From contig CDLV01000009.1 of NCBI GenBank assembly GCA_001244265.2, positions 620,001-684,000 of the forward strand: a stretch of DNA of 64,000 nt, written 5' to 3'. The stretch's first letter is position 1; every line of letters begins with the position of its first letter. Position numbers and translations under genes: made by a program. Positions 1 to 14,060 of this stretch are shown here, one piece after another. The notes under the pieces were generated by a model. That model was not told the DNA's origin and made no database searches. It saw nothing but the letters and a program-made list of their open reading frames with translations. This stretch comes from Microbotryum violaceum (taxonomy: Eukaryota).

Positions 1-1239
1 CCTTGCTCAAGGTCCTCGCCGACTCGTTCGGTAAAGCCTACGTCGAAACCGCTCTCGACACGGCGACGCACCAACTCTCGTCGTACGACGCCAAGACCGA
101 ACCGGACCTCGGCCCCATGTCCGTCTGTCGCTTGGCCGACATGATCATGCACCTCTGGCAACGCTACATCGCAACGGCGTTGGTACCTCTTGCGGGGACG
201 AGTGTGACCGTTCGCCGTGAGATGAATATTTTCAACAATCATGTCTCGGTGAGGATCGAGCAAAAGATCAATACGATCGTGCAGCGCACGACGGACGGTA
301 AGAACTTTCCGTCTCGGTGTGGCAGAGACGACAAAACTGATGATCTGTCTGCGAACACCGATCAGGTATCGTCTCGTGGTTGTCGCACCTACTATCGAAG
401 CAAAAGAAGCTCGATTTCAAACCTCGCAACGACAACGAAGCCTTTTCCAAGATCAACACCGAGCCTTGCTTGCTCGTGTGCGATTTCTTGGTCAAGGTTC
501 GTGAGGCCGCTGTGGCGAGTCTGAGCGGGCGCAATTGCGAGGTGTTCTTGACAGAGGTTGGGGTGACGTTCCATACGTGAGGATCACTTGATGATGCCGT
601 CTCAATGGCATGTCGTAGCTGACACATGGCGTCTATCGGTTGTGACGCAGATTACTCCTCGAACATCTCAAAAAATTTCCCATCTCCGCGACCGGTGGAC
701 TGATGCTCACCAAGGATTTGGCCCTGTACCAAGACACCATTACCAGTTTCTCCCTCACACCGCTGAACGACCGCTTCGAGATGCTGCGTCAACTCGGCAA
801 CGTCTTCATCGTTCAACCCGAGATCCTCAAATCCTACCTCAATGAATCCTACCTCGCACGCATCGAAAATCGTCTCCTGCGGCCCTTCGTCATGATGCGC
901 ACCGACTTTGGCGACTTCAAGAAGGCGTTCTGGGACAACATCTTTGGGGTCGACGAGAATGCACCGGGTCCTTCGGGAGGGACTGTGTCGATCGAAGCGC
1001 ATAGTGGTCCGACTTCATTCCCAGGGACGAGTGGATCCGGTCTGGCGGCGCCTAATTCGATGGGATGGGTTGGAGCGGGGTCGGCAACGAACAGCTCGTT
1101 GAGTGGGAAGGGCGGGGACGACGTCTTGGGCGCCTTGAAGATGTCAGACTTTGATCTCGGGTTGGATCAAGCTTCTGATGCTACCGCGTCCCACACCGGA
1201 GGCTCAGGTGGACCACCACCTCCTCTGCCACCGAGATGA
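1..1239 (+). CDS. SEC10: Exocyst complex component Sec10, 3' part (multi-exon, truncated at window start)
   Basis: Exons give 'HLLSKQKKLDFKP', 'FLTEVG', 'GGLMLTKDLALYQD' and 'FEMLRQLGNVFIVQPE', typical of the Sec10 C-terminus; GT-AG introns lie between the ORF pieces. Confidence 0.9.
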
Positions 1240-2580
1240 TCGTGCGGTGTCGGTCGGTCGAAAGGTCACTTATTCTGCGAGCTTCTATTCTTTTCTTACC
1301 CATAGTCTGGTGCCTCACTTGTTGTAATGGATTTTCGTGGTTTTGGAACTCTTAGGTTGACCCGCCTGTTTCAAGGGGAGGGAGAGAACTTTCGTGCAGT
1401 CGAGACCAGAATCTCCCCGCTATGAGTAACCGTCTGAGCTTCATCCGACAGAGTGCAGTGGTAAGTACCTGACTGCCATCTCCTTGAGCTTTTCTGCCTA
1501 GGTAGGAAGTTCCTTGCCAAAGCGAAACTCAAGTGAAGGACTCGTGTCTACGGGAAGAGGTTTGAAAATGCCTCATTCTCGCGGTTTGCCGTCTCCGAAG
1601 CGAGCCAGGCCACCCGTGGACGCGCGGCTTCTTTCGGCCGACCGTGAGCAGGAGAAGTGTGTTACGAAGGACTCCATAGGAGCGAGCGAACGAACGACGT
1701 GTAAGTAATCAAGAACCCGATTGAAATCTCTAGCTGCAGAGCCTGGCAGAGCTTGCCTTATCGAGGGTGGGGACCCGCAAAGTTTCGGCTAGAAACGTCA
1801 ACTTGAGCCAGCCGGCGAAGTGGTAAATTGTCACCGGCTTACCGCGTGGAACCCGGGTCACTAGAAGGTGATTCATTGAGCTTTCGCTGTTCCAGCGGGG
1901 TCGTATTAAAGAACGGCTCCGATCGCGCTCCGTGGTGCAGCAGGCAGGGCGGAATGACGCAAACGAGTCGGGAACCGGGGTCCAAAAACAGACCTCGCCC
2001 TACGACTTGCGATCCAAATTCGGGCACCACTTCCTCAGTGCCCAACAAAGTCACGTGTGGGCCACAAATTCAACTTCCGAGGCGCTGACATGTTGAAGCA
2101 CGGCCAGCTCGGATGTCCTACTAGTACGGGCGCCGGACGCTGTACGACCATCTAGGAGGTACAGAGAGGAGTGGTACATAGTGGTTACGTATGAGGTAGT
2201 GCTCTACCGCTATGTACCAGAAACAGAAGACCGTAGCGGAAGTTGCCGTGTAGCGGAAGTTGTCGATAGTGGTCAGGAGCTGCTCCTACGAGCCCTACCT
2301 GCGACGAGGCCCAGACTCACTGAAGAGGAGCGTTCAAATCAAGCGCTTTCCCGAATTAGTAAGCACGTGTGCATGCGGTCGCCAATCGCCAACGCCGAAC
2401 TCGAGGTTACAGTATACGCTAAATGTTTTCCCTGGTCTGTAAGCTCGTTCCGTACAACCGGACTGATTGAAGTGGATAAGCAAACCACTTTCCCCCACGA
2501 GTTCCTGTCCTCTTGCCTCTCATATCTCTCCCCCTCTCCAGCGTCCACGTACTTCAACCCAAACTCACGAAGTTCACGAC

Positions 2581-4791
2581 ATGTCGGTTGGAAAGCACAC
2601 CATCGATGACAAGAGTCACTCTATCGGCGAAAAAAAAAACGACGTCGACTTCTCCAACCGATTGGTTGCTGGCCCCATGGACTCGCAACCTGTTTCACTC
2701 GTCGAGTACATCCACTGGGCCAAGATCCAGCGAGAGATCGAGGCGCATGACACGACGTAAGTGGGCTCGATTTAAGCGGTTCCGATCAACACGAGAGGCG
2801 ACTCTTGGCCCTGACTGGTGGATCTGGCTCGCCAAAATATCTTGAAACTGACCATCTTTTCGAAACACTCATCCATAGTCAGGTCAAGACCGGCGGCTTG
2901 GGTCCCTTGGGGAAGATGATTGCGCAAAAGATGGACAAGACCGGCGGGAAGGGAATGACTGTCAGTGCTGAGGTTCAGCAGCGCATGGAGGCCGAGCTAG
3001 AGCAGATGCAAGGCTTCTCACCTCATCATCAGGTATGATGAACATCGCAGGTCACCTGGATAATGGCTCTGGGCATCATCGCGCTGACACAAGCGCCCCT
3101 ATTCTTTTTGCGCGTTCGGCCTTCAGGAGCTCTCGAACGCGCGTCGCATGCTGCGTCAAGCCGGATGGGCCACCGTTTTCTTCCTGATCACGACCGATAT
3201 CCTTGGTCCTTACAACTCAGCTTATGCGATTAGTACAGTTGGACTGGTTCCCGGTGTCTGTCTGTGTGAGTATGGTGGACAACGGCGAAGAAGATCGAGA
3301 GGAAGCGGACCCCATGCGCGTTGTTTCCGAGCGGCCCGCGCTGAGCTTGTCCTGGTTGTGGTGGCTTCGCAGATGCATTGTTTGGTGCAGCAGCTGGTTT
3401 CACCGGATACATGATCTGGAAGATGTTTTGCCAACTCGACTCGGTGCGATTCCCCGTTCGACACTATGGCGATTTGGCCGAGCGCATTTACGGCGCCTGG
3501 GCTCGTCACGTGTGCAGTATCCTCGTCACCTTCCAACTCTTGTTTAACTGCGGTATCGTCATCCTCGGAAATGGACAAGCTCTAACTCAAATCGTCAAGG
3601 GCAACATTTGCTTTACCGTCTCGATCGTCATTTGGGCCGTGGTGGGAGCGGTGGTTAGTTTCGTCCGCGAGTTACACGCCTTTTCGGTCTTCGCCAACTT
3701 CTCGGTCTGGCTGAACATCTTGATCATGATCTTGTCGATGGCTTTTGTCGCCCACTCGCCTCCCAACATCGCTGGTGCGATCGCGGCGTATGGCGATTCG
3801 ATCGGCACCGGTCCCGTTGTGATCAAGGCATTCGTCGGCGGTAGCCTGTTCAATCAAGTGAACGGCGCGTTCAACATGGTCTTCGCCTACGGCGGCGGCA
3901 TGATCTTCCCCGAGATTATCGCCGAGATGCGACGACCCTACGACGCCATAAAGGGTATTGCGTGCGCCCAAATCTTCATCTTCACCGTCTACCTCTTCTA
4001 CGGAGTCTTCATCTACTGCTTCCAGGGCCAATATACTTTGCCGCTTGCCTACCAAGGTGTGTCCAAGTACGCTTGGCAATGCATCGGCAACGGCATCTCG
4101 CTCCTTACCGTCACTGTCGCCGCGGGTCTCTATGCCAACGTCGGTCTCAAGATCATCTACACCAACATTGTCGAGAGCGTGTTCAAAGGGCCTTCGCTCA
4201 TGTCAAGGAAGGGTCAAATGATTTGGCTTCCTATGGTCATCATTTGGTGGGTGGTCGCCTGGGTCATCGGAACTGGTCTCCCCGGTTTGGGTGCCCTCAC
4301 CGGCCTCGTCGGAGCCGTCGCCATCTTCCAGCTCTCCTACACGTTCCCGCCTTTCCTCATGCTGGGCCTCACCGTGGGTATGGACGCCTCGCTCGCCGAT
4401 GAGCCCTTTACCACTCCCGGTGTCGCCCCCAAGCGTATCGACACGTGGCGCGACTTCGTAAGTTGCCTGGTTCTCTTGTGCTCAAGCATTTCAAGTGAGC
4501 CCCTCGCTGAGAGCTCATCTGCTTCGCAGTCGCGCTGGAAGCGTGGTTTCGCGGCCGGGGGAAGCAAGCGTCTCGCATACAAGTAAGTCGAACATGTAGG
4601 ACTCATCACCGAAGCTCGTACTTGAGCTCATCCTGCCTTCGATCCGCACGCACTGCAGGATCTTCAACGTGTTCTTCTTCATCGGTGCTCTCGCCATCGG
4701 GGGTCTTGGCATGTGGGGGACGGGAACGGCTCTTGCTCAGACAATCAAGGCCGGAGCAGCTTCTTCTTTCGGGTGTGCCGCACCCGTCTAA
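2581..4791 (+). CDS. Transmembrane amino-acid transporter (Aa_trans/AAAP family), copy 1, apparently intact, multi-exon
   Basis: Many hydrophobic segments; motifs 'LRQAGWATVFFLITTDILGP', 'YGDLAERIYG', 'MVFAYGGGMIFPEIIAEMRRP'; ATG at 2581, TAA at 4789-4791. Confidence 0.9.
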
Positions 4792-5459
4792 GGATGGGGT
4801 TACCGACACCTGCAACCCGCAAATTTTGATGGAGGCGGTATGACTTTGCTGAATCTACTATACTGATCAATCGTTTTTCGATTTACGAGTATATTTCATT
4901 GTGCTATATAATGATTCTGCTTCACCGTGTCCGGCGACCATACTCAGCCCCACACAGCGGTCGAGAGCTAGAGAAGGTACAGGCGGTGGAGCAAAAAGGT
5001 ATCTAACATTAACCTTATCCGCGATAGTAAGTATCAAAGTAGGACCCCACGGCCCCACGACTCGGAGCGTCCATCGTGGACCGGCGGCCGTCGAGAGGCC
5101 GATTTTCCGGTGGGGTGCGCCGGCTCATTTGCTAGTCACGTGAACTGGTCATACGAGTCCAGCAACCGGCCAGTTCCGGTCGCCAAAGTGAGCTCGTAAG
5201 TGTCCATCATGAAGCTCAATGTTACATGTTACTAGTGAGGGTGGGGCCAGGTTCCGGCCAATCCCTGGACCCTAGTCTACTTGTAGTTATTAAAAGCAAT
5301 GTCCCGTCTTACGTCGGTGGGTACACTGGAATGGTTCGCAAGATAATTGTTACAGCGTACGGTGACGGTGTTTGACCGGGCTCTTGCAGGGGCGCTTCTT
5401 ATCGCGAGCGGAAATGGGCAAAAGAAAGGCACGCACACATAACCGCTCTACTCGCTTGT

Positions 5460-5875
5460 CACTTTGGGCTCACATAAGGTCGGCTTTTGGGCCCACGTCG
5501 GAGGCACTCTGGTCCCACGTCGGAGGCACTCTGGTCCCACATCGGAGGCGACTCTGGTCCCACACCGGAGGCGACTCTGGTCCCACATCGGAGGCGACTT
5601 TGGGATCACATCGGAACGGACTTTGGGATCACATCGATGCGGACGTTGGGATCACATCCGAGGTCATTCTTGTACCACGTTCATGGGGACTTTGGTACCA
5701 CATAGTATAGACGCCTGTATCTCTTGCAATGTGTGATGTATCACTCTGGGAACAGTAGTTTGATGCATGTATAGGTCTATAGTACTTCTGGCGGGTGAGA
5801 CGAGGCGGATAATGCAGTAGTTGCTACATCGGGGTTCTTCCCCGCTGTGCCGCTCCGCGCCCGTGTCAGCGGTTA
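5460..5875 (+). repeat. Left inverted repeat: ~20-21-bp tandem units (GACTCTGGTCCCACATCGGAGGC-like) plus a unique inner part
   Basis: About 10 variably degenerate units at ~5460-5700, then sequence matching the reverse complement of 15278-15480. Confidence 0.9.
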
Positions 5876-6218
5876 AACCTTACGCCGATCGTCACGAGGC
5901 AGCAAGCGTAGCTTGCAATAATATCATAGGGTGGAGCAAACGTTTTTTTCTTGCTGACTAGAATACTTATGCGGTAATGGCATAATCACTACATGGGTGA
6001 GCTGTAGTGTTCCTTAGGCCTGCAATCGTTAGCACCCTTATTCGAGAAAATTCAAACATTCGGCGAAAGCCTCGGGGCCGCGCCAAAACTCGCAGGCGCT
6101 CGTCGTTTGACGGGCTACACCGGCAAACTCACGAATGCCCCTGAAAGCAGCTCCTTTCCTCAGAGCTTCACACGCTCACTGGTCTTTCCCCCCACTCTCT
6201 CTTTCTTCTTACACATAA

Positions 6219-8030
6219 CCAGTGGGAACCCGTTAAATTAACGGGAGGACGTAATTCAAAAAATAGCAGGATAATCGAACAGTCTACATGATATCAGCGC
6301 AGAGGTTAAGAAAACACAACACGAAGTACAGCAAAGAAACAAAATCCATTCATCTTACATTCATCGCCGAAACAGCCTGCATGTCGCTTGTTGCCGGACT
6401 TGGCTTCGAACACTCGTGCAATGAGATCCGGACGGTTGCATGCTTTATCGGCCCCGGTGCAGCCTTAATTTCCGGTGAGTCGGGGTCGTACGTCATCGTG
6501 ATCAGCAGCGGAGGCTTTCCATGTTTGACAACGCACGCCATCGCATCCTGGTATCGCTGCGTGATGTCGCGCGGTCTATTCTTGAACGTCGAGCCCAAGG
6601 TCATTGAACGTCCAATTGGGTTCGGGGCCAAGCCGTTGATGCCTTGGGTCGTGGTGAGGTGTAGGTTCTCTTGATGCAACCGGATGTGTAGAGTCGATCG
6701 GTCTCGACTTGGAGTATATCCATAAATCACAGACTCCAGGAAGGGACCGTGGGTGCAATGCGGGATTGAGAAGTACTCGTCGCGTTTGGCAAGTAGTGCA
6801 CAAAGAATGGTGAACGCGAGACTCGCCACCTCGACCCCTTTACTTGACCTTCGTCCTAGGTGTTCAAAAGTTCAGTGTCAGTCTGTGCTTGCGCCTTAGA
6901 CAGAATGGAACATCAGAGAAAGAGCCGAAGACGCGTACGTTCGCCATCACCATCCTCTTCGTCCCCTTCCTCGCGGTCTTCATCCTCATCATCGCGGTCT
7001 TTGTCCTCCTCGTTCGTCATCCAGACCGAGACCGGAAGTACCTCGCGCAATTGGACACCATTGTCGATCTGCTCTCAGTTTCTGGCGATGGGCGGCCCGG
7101 CTTGGTGGAACCCGCAAAGAGGAGTGTTGAGGTGGGAGCTATTTTCCTCTGCGGCGAAGAGTGTTGGGTACCGGAGAGGCATCGCAGACGGATGGAGCGA
7201 GCTGACGACTTGGTACTTGGGTCGACCATCGGGACATCGATGACTGCGCACCTGAACAATAAGTTCTTGCGGTCCACGATCTCCCGTGTTGGTGTCGGAA
7301 TCGCAGATAAGCATCGTCATTTCCGTGCTCGGCGGAGGAAGGTTGTGGGTGCGTCGGTCTCGGCCTGGTGGTAGACAGAGGCGCAGGACCCACTCTTTGG
7401 CCGTATCCCCAGCCTGCGCAAGCTTTGGCCGATGCAAACTCCTTCACAAAGCGGTTTCCGGTCCGCGGACTCGAGCTTGGTCAAAGTAGGCCTTTGTATG
7501 CGACTGCCTGCGCCGTTGAGTCCAAGTCGAGTGTCGGTGGCGGCTGGGTCGATCAGCTACGTTTGAGCAAAGGCTGAGCGTTGATTGACGACAGGGATCT
7601 GGACGCCGAGTCGAGGAGTAAAGCCGATCAAGCACGCGAAACACGCGGGGTCTAGAATGCCCAGTCGAGTCTGGTCAAAGTGAGCAGCGAGCAGAGTCAA
7701 CGACAACGCGTTGTTGTACGACCGGGCGTTCTCGCGCAATGCTATAGCTTCTGTGTGCGTGGGAACATTCTTGCACAGTTCAGCATGTGGGTCTACTGCA
7801 GACGACGGTTGTTGGACGGAGCAACTGACCGCTATCCGAGCCTTCACGTAGCTGTCGACACTCGGGATTGTGCCGGAGAGGGGGAGGTAGCTGCACCTTG
7901 CCCTGCGAAAACGTGGGGCTTGAGGGGTTCGAGCGCGATTCGAGGCCTGCGCGTTCGCCTTTGCGCGCCTTTGCGCGCCTTTGCGCAGGAGGATGTGGTG
8001 GTGGGGTGAGCTCAACGTGCTGCCCATTCT
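6219..8030 (-). mobile_element. Internally deleted, degenerate Helitron nested in the MULE
   Basis: Minus-strand ORF fragments 'LRENARSYNNALSLT' and 'RYQDAMACVVKHGKPPLLITMTYDPDSPEI' resemble the RepHel N-terminus and Rep motif 1. Candidate 3' terminus: hairpin CCCGTTA/TAACGGG (6229-6245), then CTGG|T at 6222-6218. The 5' end was not located. Confidence 0.75.
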
Positions 8031-8701
8031 ACAAAGCTGTACGGGGGGCGCTCATTCGGGTCGCAACACCAAGATCGGTTGAGTTGTTGTTAATCACGCG
8101 CGGGAGCTGATTCTGTTGATCGGAGCGGGACGAAGAGGAGAGTCGAGCAGCGGGGCGCGAGTGTAGCTCGCGCCCGAGACTTACTGACACAGACTCACAC
8201 CGCCAGCGCGCCGCATCACGTGACAGACGACACAGACGTCAGACGTCAGATCGTCAGACACCAGCCCTCGCGTCGCGCGTCAGGCGGAGTTCTGCTGTAG
8301 AAGCAATATCATGCAAAGCCACGCGCTTGCGGTTCATTAAATGCAATATGAGTGGAAGCATTGGTTTATGTCAGCGAAGAAAAGAAAGAAAATACTGGGA
8401 GCGCTGTAGCTTCGTTGGAACGGCGCTGAAAATACAAAAGTCACCATAGGGCTTGTACATGACTTCTGATCCGAACCCCAACACCACACGCAGGTGCGGC
8501 AGACACAACAGTATGCTGGTACATCCACCACAGGCGGCCACCTAGTTAAAGAGCGATTTTAGGTACATTCCTTAACTCACACTTTTTTTTTACTAGTTAG
8601 GGTAAAGTCCTCACGTAAACACTCCTCCCCATCTTAGTCGCGCGGAAATACTATGCATCTCGAGCAAACGACGCCCAGTGAAGGGTTTACCTTCAAGGTA
8701 G

Positions 8702-11700
8702 ATGGCGCCAGTCGCACTCATCATGTCGACAGGAGAAATGAGCCAACTGCTCCAAAACAAAGGGGGCCGACCACCCATCGCGTTGCAGGAACAAAGCTCC
8801 CCAGAGGGATACGCATCGGAAGTTGACTCGGAAGTGGATGAGGATGAGGACAGTCTGCAAGTCTTGGCAGCTTTGGTCCCGGTTCCCTCAAAGTCCTCGA
8901 TATCTAGCCCCTCCGCAGTCTCGGGGCTTTTAATCTCTCCAAAGAGCCGTTCGAGAGACTCCGACGAGGATTCGGCAGACGAGGGTTACTACGGAGTCGA
9001 CGACGACAATTCGGACGAGAAATCAATTGACAACATCTTCTTGTCGTTCCGAGCCAGGAGTAGTGCCGAGAAGATCCTTGACCGGCACACGTACGAGCCC
9101 TCTCGACAGGACAAAGAGTTATTGAACACGACGCGCGAGGCAATTTTCTCAAACATGATCCTCACGACTGCAGAGCACAACGAGCTCCGTCTCAGGCCGC
9201 TTGTTCTCAATTGTCGCAAGCCGAGGTCCGAATGGGAATTTGTACGCAAACTTCCTGTCCTGGAGCTCCCAAAGTTCATGGCTACAGAGGTATGTTGAAG
9301 CTGCATGCTGCGCTGCGTTTTGTTTCGTCCTGTGAACGACTTAACTTTCATTGGTGCGATCTATTAACAGAAGCATGACTGGGCTCCACGCAAATATGAA
9401 CGCTGTCTCGCTGTCGTCGAGCGACCTTACGGTGACGCGCCCTCGTCTACTCATCATCAACATCCGTCGGAGGTGGCAGTGGGGATCGAATGGCGTCCGG
9501 AAGTGCCTATCACCCTTCGAGAAGCTTGGAGTCAACCCGGCGAAGGTCGACCTGTTGCGGAGGTTCTACGGGTTACACATCGTTGCTCGGGGGCCTGTAA
9601 AAGAGTTCGAGTGAAGGATGGCAAACTTGGGTACAAGAAACGAGACAATGACAAGGACCCCGGGAAAACATGCTCTACTCAACTCAAGGTGATCATCCCG
9701 GATAGGAAATCAAAGGAGCTTGGGTTGGGTGGCTGATAAGACTCTCTGTTACCTTCTTCGTCCCTTGTGTAGATCCTCGTTCAGGCCGACGATCTTTCAT
9801 CGGCGCTGGTGTACACCCTCGGCAACCACGAAGGACGCCAACCACCGCCGAACGTCCGACGTCCAGCCCCTTTCATTCGTGCGTTGACGCATCAGGAAGT
9901 CTTTCGGCAGGCCAACACGCCCACGCTTGCATTTCAAAGTGAGTGTGTGCTCCAAGTTTGCACAAGAAGTTTTCACTTCTCAAGACTGACCATCAGTTCC
10001 TTTCTCGATGATGGACTCGATCGTTTCACAGATATGAACCAGCGGATGTCGGTTTGGGAGAAACAGAACGAGATAATTCTCCCGCATTACAGGAAAGTCG
10101 GCGCAAAGCAGCTGCGCAATATGTTCAGGGCAAAAGGTCGACAGAACGCGCAGCATGGATCCGCCTTGTACTCGCTAGCTCGCACGGCTGAGCTGAGACC
10201 GTTCACCCTTCAAAATGCTACGGAGCCCAAGACAAGCCGAGTGGCCTAGTGAGTGATCACGATCTAAGCTGCTTGCCGATCTGATGAGCTAACAAGCGGC
10301 GGAGGTATTTACCCTTGTCAGCTTTCAGCTTTTTAATGAGAAAACGAAGCAGCCGTTGATCTGCGTCCTTGCCTCCCTCCATTCCATCGACGTGTTGATT
10401 TCCTTCGCCACAGTTGGGAACGATTCAGGCGATTGGTCGCGGTTTGTTGGACTTGACTCAAGCTGGCGATACCTAAACGAGAACCGCGCCCCCCTCACCG
10501 CCCTCGTCGCGACTGGCTTGAAAGACAAACTTGCGCTAGGTGAGAGCCCGGGAAGCACTTGAAAGGAAGGTCCGGACGAGTACAAAGACTCATTTCCTCG
10601 CTTATGTAGTGTCTTCTTCAGGTCCTATGCTTCTCTCCAGTGATGTGAAGGCAGATACTCTCGTCATCTACTTGGACACGGTAAAGAGGCTGGTCGAGGA
10701 GCGCGCCGCGATCCTTGTAAGGAGTGCGTTGTAAGATGGGTTGACCAGGGTGTGCTGCGCGTCACGACAGTTTTGAGAGGAGTCGCTCACGCCCTTCTGT
10801 ACCGTCGACGATTTGCATGCGTACTTCAGAAGCTCGTGAGAATGGGCCCAATCTACCCGGCTCGTCCCCCAGGTTGCCAAATCTTCTCCAAAATGCCGAA
10901 TTCATCTTGGAAAATCAGTGGCAACCACCAAATTTCATGATCGACAAATGTCGGACTGAGCTCAACGCCTTGACACTATGTAAGCGCCGCTGCTTGCTAG
11001 GGCTACTATATGAGATGTGCAGACTGCTCTCACGATTTTGAATTCCTGATGATCGTCGTCTTCTGCATCTACGTTACTATAGGGAAAGAAAAGCACAACC
11101 TCAACTTTCACATACGCCTTTGCCAATTCCACGTGGTTCAGGCCATTATTCGGTGGTCGAGTGACAGGAATGACGGCGAAAGGGGCAACACCCTCAAGCC
11201 TTCTCGGATTGCTCGCAAGACGTTGATCAACATTTTGTACGAATTTCGATCCATCATCCAGCGCTTTCGTTTCATACGCACCGAGCATGAAACAGATGCC
11301 GAGGCGACAGCTCGGCGCTCGGCTGAGATCGAAGGGAAGAAGCGGGCGTTCTTTGAAAAATCGGACGCATGGATCGACAAAGAGTTCCGAAGTCGTCGCA
11401 AGCCAGCAGCAAACAAATCAGACGTCACCAGGAAGTCGGAACTGGGTTGCAACAGCCGAGAAGAAGAACAATTACAAGCAAAGAAGGATAACTTTCGGGC
11501 GTATTTCAATGTCAACTGGTTCGTACAAGAGTGGATCGGTGAGTCTTACTCATTCCTTCTTTACGTGTTCTCTCACAGTTTTTTTGGCTCACGCATTTCC
11601 ACAATTCTGAAGAAACATACACAGATGATGGTTTACCCTTGGCGTTTCACGGGAAACCATCAACACCAACAATGTGACTGAACGAGCCTTCAAGACCATC

Positions 11701-14060
11701 CAGCAAGAGCATCTCCACGGCCGAGCCAACAAGAGGTATTGCGTAGCGTCGGACTCAAGGAGCGAATCTCGACGGAAGAGCTGACAATTCTGCTTGCGCT
11801 CTGCACCTGCTAGGATCGACAATATCGTTGTGGTCTTACCCGACAATGCTCTAGTTTATGACATTTGGAAGGACGTATCGAATGCAAAACCGGATCATGT
11901 TCTTCGAGATACTCTGGCAAATTCGATGGACATCTGGGAGCTTGGACAGTTCCGCCCTACCGAAAAGGAGGGCCAGTGGGTGCTTAGTTTACGGTGAGGT
12001 TTTACGGGTACCAGTGCCTCGGCTACCAAGCCCTTACTGAGGCGAGAATGCTTCGGATTTCAAACTCAGATCCATGGATTCATCAATCACTCTCGATACT
12101 CGCGCGCCTTATTGTCCTTGTCGCGCATTCAAGCAAACAGGAAATAAATGCGCTCATCTTTGGGCGTGCGATCTGCTGGTTCACAATGGCGACTACCACA
12201 CAGCGATGAGTGCGTCCGAAGGCTTTGATCACCCTCGTAGCGGCTTCGCAAGCCTACAATCTGACAATTGGTGTGGGATTTCTCTTGCAGACCGCATCAT
12301 GGCAGCAGCAGCAGCGGCAAAAGCAATGTCGGACATGCGGGACGGAACAAAATCAAGCAAGCTCCATGACGCCTCCGTCGAAGCTTTGGTCGACAAAGTA
12401 TTGGACTCTAAAATGCCATCGGCTTTGGAGGACGACAACGAGCCAGACGAGCCCTTGTCAGAGGACGAACTCGACGAACGCGACGAGGTGGATTCGGACG
12501 TCGAGGACGAGGACGAACGCGCTGCCGATATAGCCGATGTTGCTGAATTTCAGCCCAACTGATCAACTGTCAAAGGTGAGCAATGTCTGAACGCCTTGCC
12601 GGAAGGGAGACTTCCGTTCCAATCTGGTCTTGTTCTGTCACACAGGCAGATCAGCCAGGAATCGGCCATTGCAACCCCATCGTAGCAAGAAGACAGCCAA
12701 ACCGAAACTCTCAAAATCGAAGTCAAATTCAGGGGTCACGCTCGAGCACTCGGAGAGAGTCGATGGCAAAGCAACGGCAGCAATTAGACGTTTGATACGC
12801 GACAAGCTCAATCCTGATCAACTTCGTCCAAAAACTTCCAAACACACCATCTTTGAGAACGGAACCACTCAGTTTGGGAAGACCCGTGGACGCCCACGTG
12901 AGACGAAATTTTCCAACAGCTTATCCTCGACCAAAGATCACGCGGCTGCCAAGCGAATGGCGGCCATTCCCGAGGTCATAGACATCGAAGAACTGAGCGA
13001 CGACGAGAGGCCACCATGCCAGCTCGCGCCGTTACAAGAAGGACGTCTTCCACTCGACACCTACGATACAGTTCAGCCGGAGGAGCGCCGAAGCAATGTT
13101 TCCGCCGTCAAGGACATCATCAAGTGTATTCCCAACGAGGTTCAGAAGGTTGATTGGGACGTATTCCTCGACATTCACGCCAGCGACCACGCACCAGGCC
13201 TGAACTTGAGCTCCTTGCGCGAAATGGCCAACGCCAATTTGTGGTTGAGGGCTTCGCACATCGATGCTTTCAGCAGCGCTATCAATCGGTTCCAAGGCCA
13301 ATTGCCTTTCAATGGTCGGTCAAAAGAGGTCCTTGAACTTGAACCAACATGCTACGCACTCTATCTCGAAGGAGGAAAGTGCGCCAAGGGAATTGGAGGC
13401 ACTCGACCAACCGAGCGGCAGCAGGGGGTGAGTTCGGATGGGAGTTCGCGAGCATATCTTTCTATCATTATTGACAGGAGGCCTGCCTCTTTGTTTGCGC
13501 TGCCCCTTTACCAGATTATCCTTTCTCGAACACCAGTTCTACTCTTCCCAACTCATGTCACCAATCATTGAATACTTGTCGAGGCACGCCTTTCGGATTG
13601 TAGATTTCGGGTGTACGACTCTCTTTTTGGCAGGGAGAACATGCGCAAGGAGGCAAACGAAAGTCTCGATGTGAGTTCATCCCCATGACCATCACAAAGC
13701 ACTTTCAAAGGCGCTCAAACTCTGCGCAGCTGCTGACGTCATTCGCCCTTTCTGCCTGCCAGTCAATCAGCACTTTCTTGGAACTCGTGCAGAAGGACCG
13801 ATAGAACGCATCACTGGAGGCATCGATCGACCGACGGTCCCGTACAGAAACTGGAAGCGATTGATTGTCAAAGCGGCGAAGGCCGGCGATCAGCCTCAAC
13901 CGGATAGATATCCTCAACAGACTGATGACAACGCGTGTGGGGCGTTCGTGTGCCGAGCGATGGAAACCCTGGTATGCGCAGCAGTCGCCAAAATGGAACC
14001 CCATTGGAGCTGGGGCCCACAGGTTGAGCCGGGAAGATTTTATTCGGAGCTTTGAGACTA
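8702..14060 (+). pseudogene. Multi-exon MULE transposase + SWIM zinc finger + Ulp1/C48 SUMO-protease domain; nonsense codon in the protease domain
   Basis: DDE motifs 'LDSSW' (D at 10455), 'FMIDK' (D at 10943), 'RLCQFH' (11121), 'NTNNVTE' (E at 11680); SWIM 'CPCRAFKQTGNKCAH' (12113-12156); Ulp1-like 'NH*ILV' (TGA at 13569 where Trp is expected), 'VYDSL', 'PQQTDDNACGAFVC'. Confidence 0.8.

Noticed and set aside
2234-2261. 13-bp direct repeat GTAGCGGAAGTTG upstream of the transporter
   Set aside because: Could be a TF site but is too short and unsupported to call.
5460-5700. CRISPR-like appearance of the regular 21-bp array
   Set aside because: The units are contiguous with no unique spacers, there are no cas genes, and the context is eukaryotic; the array is part of the transposon inverted repeat.
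5958-5986. Alternative Helitron 3' end (CTAG|T with TTATGC/GCATAA stem)
   Set aside because: The stem is weak and AT-rich; the CCCG...CGGG hairpin at 6229-6245 fits the Helitron pattern better.
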